From positions 1,674,001 to 1,738,000 of the forward strand of contig OZ251222.1 in assembly GCA_965240325.2 (NCBI GenBank): a stretch of 64,000 nt of DNA, in the 5' to 3' direction. The number at the start of each line of letters is the position of its first letter. Position 1 is the first letter of the stretch. Made by a program: the position numbers and the translations under genes. This document shows, one piece after another, positions 41,923 to 54,800 of this stretch. Origin of the DNA: Rebecca billardiae RCC1528 (Eukaryota; Protista; Haptophyta). The notes beneath the pieces were generated by a model that was not told the origin of the DNA, did not search any database, and worked only from the letters and a program-made list of their open reading frames with translations.

Positions 41923-44900
41923 ATGCCAGCGCCGACGACGACGGAGGACGTGTGGGTGCCGAGCGGCGGGGCGTTCATCGAGGGCGAGCTCGTGCACACC
42001 AGCGCAGAAGAGCCAGCCCCCGCTGTACGCCGCGCGGACGGCGAGCCGTTCGACGGCGATGCGCCGAGCGCGGCCGAGTGCCTCCCGCGGGCCGCGCTGC
42101 CTCCGGGCGGCTACGAGGACAACACGCAGGTGCGCCGCCGCGCGTGCGGCGGCGGAGCGAATTGCGACCCTCGCACGCGCGCGCAGCCCTTGTGACGCCG
42201 CCGCGCCCGTCTCCATCGTCGCGCTCACGCGCGCACCGCTCGCGCGCCGCGCGCTCGGTCCGCGCAGCTCACGCACCTGCACGAGGCTGGGCTGCTGGAG
42301 AACCTGCGCGCGCGCTACGCGGAGGGGCACATCTACACGTACACCGGCACCGTCCTGGTTGCCGTCAACCCGTACGCCGAGCTCCCGCTGTACGGCCCCG
42401 AGGCGATGGAGCGCTACCGCGGCCGGCCGATGCGTGCGGTGCCGCCGCACCCGTACGCGGTGGCCGACCGCGCGCTGCGCGCGCTGACGCGCGAGCGCGA
42501 GGACCAGGCGCTGGTCGTGTCGGGTGAGAGCGGTGCGGGCAAGACAGAGACGTGCAAGACGATCCTGCGCTACCTCGCCTACCGCTCGATGCGCCAGCCG
42601 GCGGCGCGCGCGCTCGGCGCTCTCGGCGACGGCGCCGCGGCCGCGTCGCTGGAGGCTCAGGTCCTGGCCGCCGGGCCGATCCTCGAGGCGTTCGGCAACG
42701 CGGCGACGGTGCGCAACGACAACTCGTCGCGCTTCGGCAAGCTCGTGCGCACGCTCGTCTCGCCCGACAGCTGCGAGATCGGCGGCGCCAAGATTGACAC
42801 GTATCTTCTCGAGCGCTCGCGCGTCGTCTCTCAGCCGGCCGGCGAGCGGTCGTTCCACGTGCTGTACCAGCTGTGCGCGCGCGCGGAGGCGGCGGCGGTG
42901 GGGTACGGCTCCGAGTCGGACACGCGCGACGCGCTCGTGCCCGCCGCGCTCGGCCTCGACCGCGGCGCCGCCGCCTTCGCCTACCTGACCGGCGGCGGGC
43001 GCACGACGATTGACGGCGTCGCCGACGCGGAGGCGCTGGCCACGGTGGTGCGAGCGCTCGAGACGATGGGCCTCGCGCCCGGCACGGTGCACGCGGTGTG
43101 GCGGCTGCTCGCGGCGGTGCTGCACCTGGGCAACGTCGGCTTCCGCCCGGCGGGCACCGCCGATGGCCGGCTCAGCGTGCAGCGCGCGCGCGCGGGCGGC
43201 GAGGAGGCTGCAGCGGCCGAGGGCGAGGGTGGCGGCGGCGCCTACGCCACGGCCGACGCCGACGCGGCGGCGGACGGCGACGCGCTCAGCCTCGCGGCGC
43301 AGCTGCTCGGCGTGTCGAGCGAGGACCTCGAGGGCGCGCTCACCACGCGCGCGGTGCAGGCGCTCTCGGGCCGCGAGGGCGCGTGCTCCGTGTGCCTGGA
43401 CGAGCAGCAGGCAACCGCGGCGCGCGACTCGCTCGCCAAGACGCTGTACAGCTCGCTGTTCGGCGCGGTCGTCGGCGGCATCAACGCGCGGCTCGGCGGC
43501 GGCGGCGGCGGCCAGGTGCACGGCGCGGCGGGTACCAACGTCTCCAGCGCCGTGCTCGCCTCGCTCGCGGCCGACCCCGCCACGCGCCGCGCGGCGGCCG
43601 ACGCGGGCGGGCGCGAGGAGTGTGCGGACGGCACCGCGGCCTCAGCGCCGCCGGCCGCTGCCATGCGCTCGATTTCGATTCTCGACATCTTCGGGTTCGA
43701 GTGCTTCGAGAAGAACGGCTTCGAGCAGCTGCTCATCAACTACGCGAACGAGCGGCTGCAGCGCTTCTTCCTCGCGCGCGTGCTCGAGGACGAGCTCGAG
43801 CTCTGCCGCTCGGAGGGCGTGCGCTGTCCGAGCGCGCTCGGCGCGGGCGCGAGCGCGGGCGGCGGCGCGCACGTCGGCGACGCGACCGTGGCTCTGCTCG
43901 ACGGGCGGCCGGATGGAATCCTGCGGCTGCTGGCGGACGAGGCGAACGTGCCGCGCGCGACGGACGAGACCTTCGCGCGGCGCGTGCACGCCGCGCACGG
44001 CGCGCACGCGCGGCTGCGCGCGCCCAAGCTCGGCCGCGCGGTGCGCGGCGCGCGCGCGCTCGGCGCCGACGGCGGCTTCGTGGTTCGTCACTTTGCCGGC
44101 GACGTGACGTACACGGCGGCGGGCTTTCTCGAGAAGGACGCGGACTCGGCGCACGCCGAGCTCGCCGCGATCGCGCACGCGGCGCTGGCGAGGCTCGAGC
44201 TGCCCAGCGGCGGTGCCGCGCTGCGCACGCCAGCCGCCAGCATTGCCTCCACGCCGGCCGTCTCGCGGCAGCCCTCGTTGACGCACCTGCCATCGCTCGT
44301 GGGGGCCACGGCGCCCGCCGGCGGTGCCGGCGGCGCGCCGGCCGTCCCGCCGCTGCTCGGCCTGCGCCGCGGCGCGTCGTCGAGCCACGGCGGCGCGCGC
44401 GGCGGGCGCTCCCTCGCATGCGCGTTTGCGTCGGAGCTCGACGGCCTTCTAAAGACGCTCCGCGGATCTTCGACGCAGTTCGTCCGCTGCGTGAAGCCCA
44501 ACGAGCAGATGCGCGCGCGCGCGTGGGACGGCGCGACGGTGCTCGCGCAGCTGCGCTCGGCGGGGCTCGGCGGCGTGCTCGCGCTGATGGGCGACGGCTA
44601 CCCCGCGCGCGTGCCGTACGCGCGTCTTGCGCAACGGTTTGAGCACCTCGCGCCCCTCGAGCTGCGAGGCCTCCCGCCGCAGGACCTGTGCGCCGCGCTG
44701 CTCGGCGCGCTGAGCGTGCCGCGCACCGAGTACGCGCTCGGCGTGAGCACGGCCTTCTTCAAGGCCGGGCAGCTGGCGACGGTCGAGGAGCTGCGCGCCG
44801 AGCCGGACGAGACTCGCGACGCGGAGATCGGGCGACGGATGTGCGCGTGGGTGCGGCGTCGACGCTGGCGCCGCGCCGCGCACGCCGTGCGCGCCGCGGG

Positions 44901-47517
44901 CCGGCTCGGGCGCGTGGTGCGCATGCGCCGCGCGGCGCGCGCGCTGCGCCGCCTCGCGCGCGCGGCGCTCGCCATCAAGCGAGCCTGGGGCACGCTCGCC
45001 GCGCGCGCGCGCGCGACGGTCGCCGCGGCGCGCGCCGCGACACGGCTGCAGGCGGCCGCGCGCCGCGCCATTGCCGTCCGCGCGCGCCGCGCGGCGATCG
45101 GCGCCGCCGTGCGGCTGCAGGCGGCGAAGCGCGGCGCGTCGGCACGCGCGGCCGCGCGTGCCGCCCGCGTGTGGCGCGCGCGCGCGGCGCTCGCGTCCAC
45201 GCGCCTCCAAGCGGCTGCGCGCGCGCGCGGCGCGCGGCGCGCCGCCTCGGCCGCGCGCGCGGCGCGCGCGCGGCAGCGTGCTGAGGAGGCGATGGCACAG
45301 GAGTCCGCCGCCGCCGCCGCGGCCGAGCAGATCGCCGGCGCGCTCGAGCAGGCGCGTCGCGACAGCCTCGCGCGCCGCGAGCGCGAAGCCTCGGCGGCGC
45401 TGGACAACGCGCGGCGTGAGTCGCTCGGGCGGCGCGAGAAGGCTGCGGCGGAGGCGGCGCGCGCCCTGCTCACACCGAGCTCTGCGGCGGTGGCGCGCTC
45501 GAGCCCGCTCGCGCGCGGCTCGGCGTCATCGAGCACCGCCGCGGCATCGGCCAAGCCCGCCAAGGCCGGCACCCCTGAGGGCGTGGCGGCCGCTCTCGCG
45601 GCGGCCGAGGCGCGCGTGGCCGCCGAGGCGGCGCGCGCGGCCGAGGCGCGCGCCGAGGCGGCGCGCTCCGCCGAGCTGCTCGCCACCGCGTTCGCCGACG
45701 TGGACGGCGTGCTCGAGGCCGCCGACGCGGAGCGGAGGGCCCTCGAGGAGACCTCGGCCGCCGCGCAGTACGCCCTGGAGTCCCAGCTCCAGCAGCAGCG
45801 GGTGAGTCAGCGAGCGAGCGAGCCAAGGGCTCGTGCGCGCGCGCCGCCCGCCCGCCACCACCGCAGCACACGCGCCACCTGCCCTCTGGGCGCATCGGGC
45901 GCTCGCACGGGCACGTGTGCGCCTTGGCGCGGCATCGTCCGCGCTGGTGGAGCTGGGAGGGCACGGGGCGAGCTTCGCGCGCTCCCGCCCACGCCGCGCT
46001 GCGCGCACGTGCATGCTCCCCCAGGCGCTGCACGCTCAGCCGCCGCGCGCGCGCGCCCCCGTCCACGCGGCGCATCTGTCTGCCTCACAGGAGCTCGCTG
46101 AGGTGAGCGCGGCGCGGCAGCGTGAGATGGAGGCGGCGCTGCAGGCGCAGCAGGTGCGCGGCTCGGCTCGGCGCGTGGCGCGTGCGCGCGCGGCCTGTCT
46201 CGGTGCTCTGCGCGTTGCACTCCGCCCATGCACGCCGCCCCCGCGCGCGCTTGCCTGCTTGCTCACGCGCGCGCCGCCGGGACACGCCGCGCCGCCTGCC
46301 GCTACGCGTGCCACGCCGCGCCACCTGCCGCACAGGCGAGCCTTCAGGAGCAGCTGGACGCGCAGCGGCGCGCGTACGAGCGGCGGATGGAGGAGCTGGA
46401 GTCGCGGCTGGCCGCGTCCGCGCGCCGACCCTCCCACGAGCCCGCCGACGAGGGTGCCGGCGGGCGCGGCGGCCATGCTGACGCTTGCAAGGACCGTGCC
46501 GAGGGCGGCGGTGGGCGAGGCGCCGCCGAGCTCGCCCGCTGGCGGCAGGAGCACGCGCCGCCGCCGGTCGACGACGGCGCGGAGAGCACGCACGCGGACG
46601 GCGGTGCCGCGCACGGCGCGGCGTACGACGACGAGGACGACTTCGGCTCGACGCCGCCCACCCGCCAGCCGTCGCTCAGCCGAGCACCCACGCACTCGAG
46701 CGCGCTCCAAGGCCCCGCCGGCTCGCGCGGAGCGCCTGCGGAGACGCCGGCGTTGGCGCACGCGGCGTCCGAGCAGCGCGGCCAGCGCAGAGCGAGCCAG
46801 CCGCCGCACACCGGCCCGTCGCGCGCCGAGCTGCGCGCCTCCGCGCCGCCCTCGCGCATCCCCTCGCGCTCGAGTGCGGCCGGCGAGCGCACTTCGCGCA
46901 TCCCGTGCCACGCACCGGGCGCTGCCGGCGGCGCGCCGCCGCCGAGCGCGCTCGCGCGGCGCGCGCACGGCGCGGAGCCACACTGCGCGGCCGGCGCGGG
47001 CCACACTGCGCGCGGCGTGCCGGGCGTGCCCGCCTCCGCCCTGCGCGCCCCGCTCGCCGCTACGCACTGCGCCTCGCCCCTCGCCAACCGCGAGCAGACA
47101 CCGCGCACGGGCGCAGCCGCACCCAAGCTGCCTCCGCCGGCAGCGGGCGGCGGCGCGCCTACGATGCCAGGCGCGAGCGCCTCACGCGTGGCCGCGCCCA
47201 GGGCGACGCCCGCCACGGCCGCGGGCGCGCGCACGCCGCTCTCCCAGGGCCCCGCCACGCTCTCCGCCGGCGGCGGGCGGCACGAGCACTCCGCGCACAA
47301 AACACCCGCGTGGCCCTCACCCGCGTCGGCGGCGCGCGACGACCGGCTGAGCGGCCCGACCGGCCTGCGCAAGCCACGCCCCGTTGACTCACGCAGCAAG
47401 CTGAGCGACGCGCAGGTGAGCGCGCGTGCGAGCGGCGGCGACCGCTGCGGCCCGCGCCGCTGCTGCCCCCCGCGTGCACTCACTCACGCGCTGACTCGCA
47501 TCCGCCCGCCTGCGTGA
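41923..47517 (+). CDS. Myosin heavy chain (motor, IQ motifs, coiled coil, disordered tail); introns 42130-42267, 45802-46090, 46154-46335; 3' end uncertain (possible donor at 47416)
   Basis: 'IYTYTGTVLVAVNPY', P-loop GESGAGKTE, NDNSSRFGK, DIFGFE, FVRCVKPN, IQ-like LQAAARR. GT..CAG introns preserve the frame. Confidence 0.92.
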
Positions 47518-47958
47518 TGCCCCCATCACGCGTGCTCGTGTCTGCTGACTGGATCGATCGATGACGATCCTGCTGCAAATCTAACGTGTCCGCGATGACC
47601 GTGGCTGCTGTGGCGTCGGCCGTGCTCAGGGGCTCCTCCTCCGCGCGAACAAGGAGAACAGCGGCGCAGTCGCCGGCTGATGTAGCGCGCCCGTGAAGCC
47701 CCGTGATGATTGAGGCGGAGGAGGCGCAGGAGCCGGTACGACGGCGTGGGCCGTGCAGCCTGACTGCCTAGTGCCTGATGTGCAGCGCCGTAGTCTACGC
47801 AGTCGGCAGTAGCTAGGTACCGCGCGTAGTTATGCGCCATTGATCATATGGCGGGCCCGACACTGACACTCGGCCGTGGGCGTGGGACGCGGCGCCGCGG
47901 CCCGACTACGTGACGAGTACAGGCCAAGTCCCGACTTCTCTGACTGACTCCTGGCCAG

Positions 47959-49803
47959 TCAGACCTTCAGCTCGATAAAGAGGGCATCCACGCCCGTCTC
48001 CGTCTGGAAGCTGCGCTGCGCTCCCTCCGGAATCACGGCGAAGTCGCCGAGGAAGAGGCTGCGCTGCGGATGGGCGGACTCCAGCACGGTGAGGACACCG
48101 CTGCCGAGCGGCACGACGATCAGGTCGTGCCTGCCCGCGTCGCGGTAGCTGCCGCCTGGCCCCATCGACTGCACCTTGGACGAAAGATGGCGGTAGCCCA
48201 ACATGTTCCTCACGCTCCAGATCGGCGTCTCGAAGGACTGGCCTAGCGCGAGCTGCGGCCCGCCCGAGGCCGGCACGCGCAGTGACTGGGGTACCGCTTC
48301 GGAGGCAAGCATCACCTTCTGCAGCACGTGGATCTGCACGAAGTTGAGCTTCGGCAGCCCGCGTGCTTGCTTTCGACCACGCGGTGTGAGCTTGAAGCAC
48401 AGCTCCTGTGCGCCCACCGCGTTGCCGGCGGCGGTGTGATACGCGCCGGCGGGAAGCAAGTTCACGTGCCCTGTCTTGACCGTGAATGCGCTCACATTAC
48501 CTGGGCCGCACATGCCCTCTAGGCTCACTGCGTACTGCACCGAACCAGCGAGCACGACGCAGATCTCGTCGACGCGCGCGGCGCGCGGCCGGCGCGCAAC
48601 CGTGCTTTTCGCGCTCCACTGGCGGAGGTGCGCAGAGAAGTAGTCCAGTGACGCCGTGTGCGCGTACCGTGGCCAGTCGCGCACGTGTGACTCACCGTCA
48701 GAGGCCTCCCACGAAGGCTTCTGGAGATCGATAGCTGCGCGGGGTACCACGAGGAGCTGGTCGAGCTTGGCGACCGCGCCGCCGTGCGCAGCGTCCAGAC
48801 CGCTCGTCTCGTCGAAGTCGAGAGAGCACGCGCCAGCTGCGCCCGGCAGGTTTAGGTTTAGGTAGTACGGATCTAGCGCCGACGCGTGCGCGAGAGGTTG
48901 CGGCGGGGCTAAGTCCTCCACCGGGAAGAAGGGGTACCAGTCCGGCCCGCTCCAGTGCTTGCGCACGTCAAAGTCCAAGTAGGGCGCACGCACGGCACGC
49001 ATGCACGCCTCCGTGCCGTACTGCAGCAGAAGCGTCTTGCGGTTGAAGGTGTCATCCGTCGCGTGCCAAACGTGACCCAACCAGGCGACGCCCTCGCCGG
49101 TTCGCACTGGACCCTTGCGCATGAGCTCGAGCCCAGCTTCCGGCCAAACGCGTTTTGCGTGCGCCACCACCTTCTCGGTGGAGCACCGCGCCTCCGGCCT
49201 CACGAGCATGTTGTTCCAGCAGCCCGTGTTTGCCAGAAAGTGGTCGGCGGTCACGTTTCCAATCTTTTCGGAACCAGTCACCAGCCGTAGGGGCGTCTTT
49301 GGCACCGACGTGCCGCGGGCGTCATCGGCGTCGCTCTGCACTAGGGTCCACACAGTCGCGCTCTGCTTGCCTGCGCACTCTGGAGCCCACATGTCCAGGT
49401 CGGTGTGCAGGCGATGTACAGAGCCACGCGGCTTGGAAATGACCTGCACTGTGCGCAGGTAGAGCGGGCCGTCCCAGTCCATCAGCTCGCGCGCCTGGCG
49501 AGCGAGCGCTTTGTTCTTTGCAATCTGCCGGCACGCCTCCGAGTACAACCAGCATTGCTTGAGCATGATCATGGGAAACGGTCGCGCCAGGTGCGTGGGC
49601 GATGGCGGGAGAATGTTGCGCACCATCTTGGGCGCGCTCGTCGCGCCGGCGAGCACGAGGTGAACCTGCGAGTCATGGATGGCCTTGTGGGTGAGGTCGC
49701 GATCAATGGGCTCGTCAAGCTCGAAGAAGCGGAAGCCCGCGCCCGCTTCCCCGTTCGCAGCTAAGAGCAGCACCGGGAGCGTCGACGCGAACAGCAGCAC
49801 CAT
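47959..49803 (-). CDS. Signal peptide + PhyH-like Fe(II)/2OG dioxygenase + cupin domain(s)
   Basis: 'SKPRG..LHTD' (HxD), 'PLRLVTGS', 'GEGVAW..HVWHAT'; cupin 'DEICVVLAGSV..LLPAGAYHT'; intronless. Confidence 0.7.
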   Translation of the reverse strand: MVLLFASTLPVLLLAANGEAGAGFRFFELDEPIDRDLTHKAIHDSQVHLVLAGATSAPKMVRNILPPSPTHLARPFPMIMLKQCWLYSEACRQIAKNKALARQARELMDWDGPLYLRTVQVISKPRGSVHRLHTDLDMWAPECAGKQSATVWTLVQSDADDARGTSVPKTPLRLVTGSEKIGNVTADHFLANTGCWNNMLVRPEARCSTEKVVAHAKRVWPEAGLELMRKGPVRTGEGVAWLGHVWHATDDTFNRKTLLLQYGTEACMRAVRAPYLDFDVRKHWSGPDWYPFFPVEDLAPPQPLAHASALDPYYLNLNLPGAAGACSLDFDETSGLDAAHGGAVAKLDQLLVVPRAAIDLQKPSWEASDGESHVRDWPRYAHTASLDYFSAHLRQWSAKSTVARRPRAARVDEICVVLAGSVQYAVSLEGMCGPGNVSAFTVKTGHVNLLPAGAYHTAAGNAVGAQELCFKLTPRGRKQARGLPKLNFVQIHVLQKVMLASEAVPQSLRVPASGGPQLALGQSFETPIWSVRNMLGYRHLSSKVQSMGPGGSYRDAGRHDLIVVPLGSGVLTVLESAHPQRSLFLGDFAVIPEGAQRSFQTETGVDALFIELKV

Positions 49804-49836
49804 CCCTGCTACCCCGAGCTCACTCTGTACGCCAGT

Positions 49837-49916
49837 CTGATCACCCGGAGCCCGTTATAAAGGGGAATATTAGTTAATAAATTCCCTTTAATTTATAACG
49901 GGCTCCGGGCGATCAG
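49837..49916. mobile_element. Short MITE-like hairpin, copy 1
   Basis: ctgatcacccggagcccgttataaa ... tttataacgggctccgggcgatcag inverted arms; same arms as 50750-50956. Confidence 0.7.
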
Positions 49917-50749
49917 TAGCAATTATAAATGAAATGAGACGCGGAACCTGCAGAAGCTATTAGTTATCATTATGGAAATACCCCATATGATGATGTCATG
50001 ATGAATCTCGCGATGAATTCGACACGCTGCAAAGGTGTTTTACAGGTACTTTACCCGTCTAGTCTGCAATACTTTACAGTTTGAGGTTGGGTGGGGGTGG
50101 TGGTTGGTTGGGGCAACATGACGGGGCGCCGCCGCCGCCGCCGCGGGCGGCGCGCGGCGGGCGAGGCGGACAGTGCTGATGGCGAGGCGGAGGTGGAGGC
50201 GGAGGTGGGGGCGAGCGGCGGCGTGGCGAGCGCGGCGGCGACGCCGACTGCGCACGTGGGCGGCGAGCGCAGCTCAGCTGAGGCCACCGGACGCGCGACG
50301 AGTCGAGCGCACATGACGAGGGTACTGTCGAGGCGCAGCGCGCGCGCAGCCGGCTGCGCACTGCCTGGCGCAGCGCACGCCCACGCTTGCCCCTGCGTGC
50401 CCGGTGCAGGCAGCCCGAGCGCTCCGTGTGCTGCTGGCGCGCACGGCACGAGTGAGCTCGCGCGCCGCGTTGGCATTTGGCAACTGCCGATTGTACGGGC
50501 CGAGAGGCGAAAGAGGCGAGCCCCGCGGACTCACGCGCGTGCCAGGAGAGCCTCGACCCGCGCCGCTCAGCGGCGAGCCGTCCGGGTTCGGCATCGCCGC
50601 CAGTCCGCTCGTGGCGGGAGGCAGAGCGCTGGACGTCGCAGTGTTTGAAGCACGCCGCCGGCTGGACGCGAGGCCACGAGACAGACAGAGGCACCCCAAC
50701 CTCCGAGCTTGCCGCACTGGGAGTTGGGTGCCCTTACGGCCCTTGGTTG

Positions 50750-50956
50750 GGGGCTGGCCAGGGTAGGGCTGGAGGCTTCGGCCGCCGGTCTGATCACCCG
50801 GAGCCCGTTATAAAGGGGAATTTATGACTCACGACCGCCCGCGCCCGGCCAAGCTACCGTCGGTTACTGGTACACTAGTAAATTCCCCTATATAATAACG
50901 GGCTCCGGGTGATCAGACTGGCGGCCGAAGCCTCTAGTCCTACCCTGGCCAGCCCC
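50750..50956. mobile_element. MITE-like element with ~75-bp inverted arms, copy 2
   Basis: ggggctggccagggtagg..ggggaattta / taaattcccc..cctaccctggccagcccc. Confidence 0.8.
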
Positions 50957-51309
50957 GTGAGCTGTGTCACTCACTACTGGTACTGTGTCTGTGTGCGTCT
51001 CTTATTCAGTCTTAGCGTAAACTGTAGAGTGGTAGCCCGGACCGGGTTCATGATGGTCCTTTATTGGTGAGTGGTTACTGACAACACTAGGGGGTAGTTC
51101 ACAAGTTACTGTACAATACAGCAGGGCCGCCGCCTTGGTTCAAGCAATGGTCATAGTTGGTTCAAGGACAAGGGGAGTCCCCATGACCCATCACCGGCCC
51201 TGAGGCGCGTGCGTCCAGCGCGACCGTGAGCCAATAACAGTATAACTGCCGCGCGCCCTCACACGCCACACGGCCGGCTACGCGCAGTCAGCTCGTCACA
51301 TCACGTTTA

Positions 51310-51411
<102 letters not shown>

Positions 51412-51475
51412 CACGTCGTTAAATATATATAGGCACTAGCTAGTCTGACTACTTGATTACTACTTGAGTTACTAC

Positions 51476-53118
51476 TTATGGCCCGCGGTGCAGGGCGGAG
51501 CGCGCAGCGTGGAGCCCGCACTGCGGGCACTAACCACGTTTCAAAAAGATCTTTGATCAAGAAAAAAGGGACGGGGGACGATTTTCAGGGCCGGAGGAGA
51601 CCGAGTTTCGAGTTTTTGCGATCGCGAGCATAGAGAGGTCTACTATTGCGGTCGAAAAAGACCGCGTCCGCCAATTCTGCCTATGTAATCGGTGGACGGT
51701 AGAGCCTGGCCGTGACTTTAGTGTAACGGTTCGTTACGAGCGAATCGTATTCGTCGTCCCGGATCGCGTGGCGTCCGGACTGGGCCACATCCGGATCGGA
51801 GGTGACGTGGCCGGCACGATGGCGGATGGGACTCAACCCCTTGGCTGAGCGCGCCTGCACGTGCCGGACCCGCCTCCCGCTTGCTGCTCACGCAGTCAGC
51901 TGCGACCGTGGCGCATGATCGCAGAAGCAGTGCCGGCAGTACGGCCTGCATCAGCTAGTGCCGCGCCGTCGTGGCGCGCGCGGTAGTTGCGTTTCGGTTT
52001 GCAGCGCTCACGCGCTCGGCGCCAGCACGCGCGTGCGGCTCAGGCGTGTCAAATGTGGTCTCGTCGGCGCGTTTTCGCCTGCCACCTCGTGCACCCGTGC
52101 CGCCAGCTTCATCGTCTTCATGAGGACTGCTGCTGCTGTCGCCATCCGCTCTCCATCACCCGAGTCGCGCGGCGCCGCGCGGTACGGCATTTCACCATTG
52201 AGCAGCTGCGTGCACACGGCAAAGTGTCACCACAGCGGCTTCCCAGCAGTCGTCGACAATTGCGTCGTCAGAATTCTCCTCGTCGTCGGCTTCCACCGCC
52301 GCGAGAGGGAACGCTGCCACAGCTGCAGATGGGAGGCAAGTCTTCTCTCTTCGGAAGTCTTCCCACCGCGGCGCGCGCTGCCGGACAGCCCTCCCAGTTT
52401 CCTGGCACTAGTGCCCACCTGCTGAGGGTCTTGCAGCTCGATCTCAGCAACGGCGCCACCTGACGACGAGCGGATTGGATCGGTGCACGGGGAATTGCCG
52501 AATTGGATCTCCCGTGCACCAATCCGCTCGGCTCGTCGCGCCCGGCCGCCTGATCGCCCAGCCCTAGTTGCAATCAACGACAACGTCGCATTTTTCGACT
52601 GCCAGTCACTGGCCCGCTGAGGGCGTACGGTCCCTCACCGTGCAACGGGTCATGTGGCCAGAGTACGTCTGGTTGTTGGCTGGTACGGGCCGCAGCGCTA
52701 AAGCACCCTGCTGTCACACCCGCGACTCCTTCATTCAGTACTCTGATCTCCGACTAGTCCGCGAGCTCTGCGGCAAGACTCACCTCACTCGGCACGACCG
52801 CAGACGGGTCGCCCGGATCCGAGCTGATTGATCAGCCAGTTGGACATTTGGCAGCTAGTTGTCAGACGGACGTCCAATTTGACCGGTGCGGTCTCAGGTC
52901 CGCTGCTGTGATTAGAGTCTCGCGCTGCTGTGAAGTGTTCGAGTGAGTGTCAGTGAGTCTCGAAGTCGCAGGCAGGCGACGGTCGGACTGCAGAACCGTA
53001 CTTCAACTGCTGGCGAACTGGCCACGGCGGAGAGTGACGCGATAGCACTCGGCCACCGCGGGCCCCGCCCAACTGCGTTGATTCCGTATGCAGAAAAGGA
53101 CCGCGGAACGCGGTCATA
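51476..53118 (+). mobile_element. Non-autonomous dispersed repeat, copy 1 (TA|TGGCCCGCGG...CGCGGTCA|TA)
   Basis: Inverted homologue at 60256-61590; both ends coincide between the copies; no credible protein ORF. Confidence 0.75.
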
Positions 53119-53187
53119 TACAACGGTACTTAGTACTTATTTCGGAGACGGTGTCAGGTTACTTACTTACTACCGCTGATGCTTAGA

Positions 53188-53935
53188 TTATGGCGGCACG
53201 CCCCCCCCGAAAGGTCTGAGCGTGAGCGAAAGCCGGGGGGGGGCGGCGCACGTGCTCCGCAAAATCAAAAAAGAGGATGCGCGCAGGATTTGGGGGATTT
53301 TTGTAGGTGGATTTAGGTGTGAAACCGCAGCATTTGAGTCCATATCGCTGCTCATGATTGCGTTTGTACTGCTCCTTAATCCTTTGATAGTAAGTAATAG
53401 AAGAAATCGGAATCAAATAGGACGAAGTCATCTCTGATACCATTCTGATAGTCAAGATTCGTGTGTTGAACTGACCATAAAAAAGGTGAGATATCGAACT
53501 AATTCTCTGGATAGCTGTTCACTCCTCAGATTCATCAAAGCGACGCGATATGGTATATTGCGCGGGTACAGTAGCTTGAATCGACGTTCCCGCGCGCCCT
53601 GGCCTTCTTGGCCTAATGTGGGTGGCATTCGACGTACCTCTATCTGCGAGGATTAACAGCTCTCTGAAAACGAGTGTGTCCTGGACAGCTTGAAAGGGGA
53701 AATCCAAATTTTGCGGATTTAACCCAAGATTCTCATGCCCATATTCAGCATGAGTAGTCATAGGACAATTCATCGGTGAACAGAATCAAGAAGCCTGGCT
53801 TCTTGATATCGAGATCCGATTCACAAAGCCAATCAGCGTGGTCTCCAACTGGCTTGTTAATCACCTGTAAATTGTAAAGGTGATTTGAGTGATCACCCGC
53901 GTGATGTGATTATTATGAGCAGCCTGAAACCATAA
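53188..53935. mobile_element. AT-rich insertion, probable non-autonomous DNA element remnant
   Basis: Sharp drop in GC; bounded by TTATGG at 53188 and CCATAA at 53930-53935. Confidence 0.35.
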
Positions 53936-54129
53936 TAATAAGCGCGAGTTGCGAGTCGTGAACCGTCACTTTTAAAATCGGACCCCCGTGCGAGGCGTCA
54001 CGTGCCGCGCCACACCACGCGCCGCACGCCGACGCGCCGACGCTGCGCGCGTACGAGGTGGCGCAGCTGCTGCTCGAGGTGATTACGCACTGCGCGCTCG
54101 ACCCCGCCGAGCCCGCCGCGTGCGCCACC

Positions 54130-54800
54130 GCACCGCGCCCTCGTGGCGGACGGCGGCGCCCGGCGTGAGTGACGGCGTCCGCCGGGCCGCCGTGGGCGAT
54201 GGCGCGCGGCGCGTGACCCGACGTACGCGGCGGCGCTCGGCCGTGCGGGCGCGCTCGCGCGGCTATGGACTCGCTCGAGGGAGCGCTGTGCGCGCTCGCC
54301 GAGCCGCCGCTGCCCGCCGCCGCCGCAAGCCGCAGGCCGCTCGCGCGCCGCGGCCGCGGCGAGGCGCGCCGGCGGCGGCGGCGTGGCGCGCTGCGGAGGC
54401 GCCGCTGCTGCCGCCGCGCGCGGCGCAGCGGCTTCTCGCGCAGTGGTCGGGCGCGGCGCTGTGGCTCGCACCACTGCACCGCGCCCTCGTGGCGGACGGC
54501 GGCGCACGCGGCCGCGGCCGTGTGGGCGATGGCGCGCGGCGCGCGACCCGCGGCGCTCGGCCGTGCGGGCGCGCTCGCGCGGCTATGGACTCGCTCGAGG
54601 GAGCGCTGTGCGCGCTCGCCGAGCCGCCGCTGCCCGCCGCCGCCGCAAGCCGCAAGCCGCTCGCGCGCCGTGGTCCTGGCTGAGGCGGGCGGCGGCGGCG
54701 CGGCGCGCGCCGCGGAGGCGCCGCTGCTCGGCCGCCGCGCGCGGCGCCGAGCGGCTTCTGCCTTCTCGCGAAGTGGTCGGGCGCGGCGCTGTGGCTGCTC
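54130..54800. repeat. Diverged tandem duplication, ~335-bp unit x2, of GC-rich coding-like DNA
   Basis: 'ggctatggactcgctcgagggagcgctgtgcgcgctcgccgagcc' at ~54261 and ~54581; 'cttctcgcg.agtggtcgggcgcggcgctgtggct' at ~54432 and ~54762. Confidence 0.85.

Noticed and set aside
51718-52831. Peptides shared between the 52 kb and 61 kb regions as a gene family
   Set aside because: They come from the inverted repeat; frames are broken differently in each copy.
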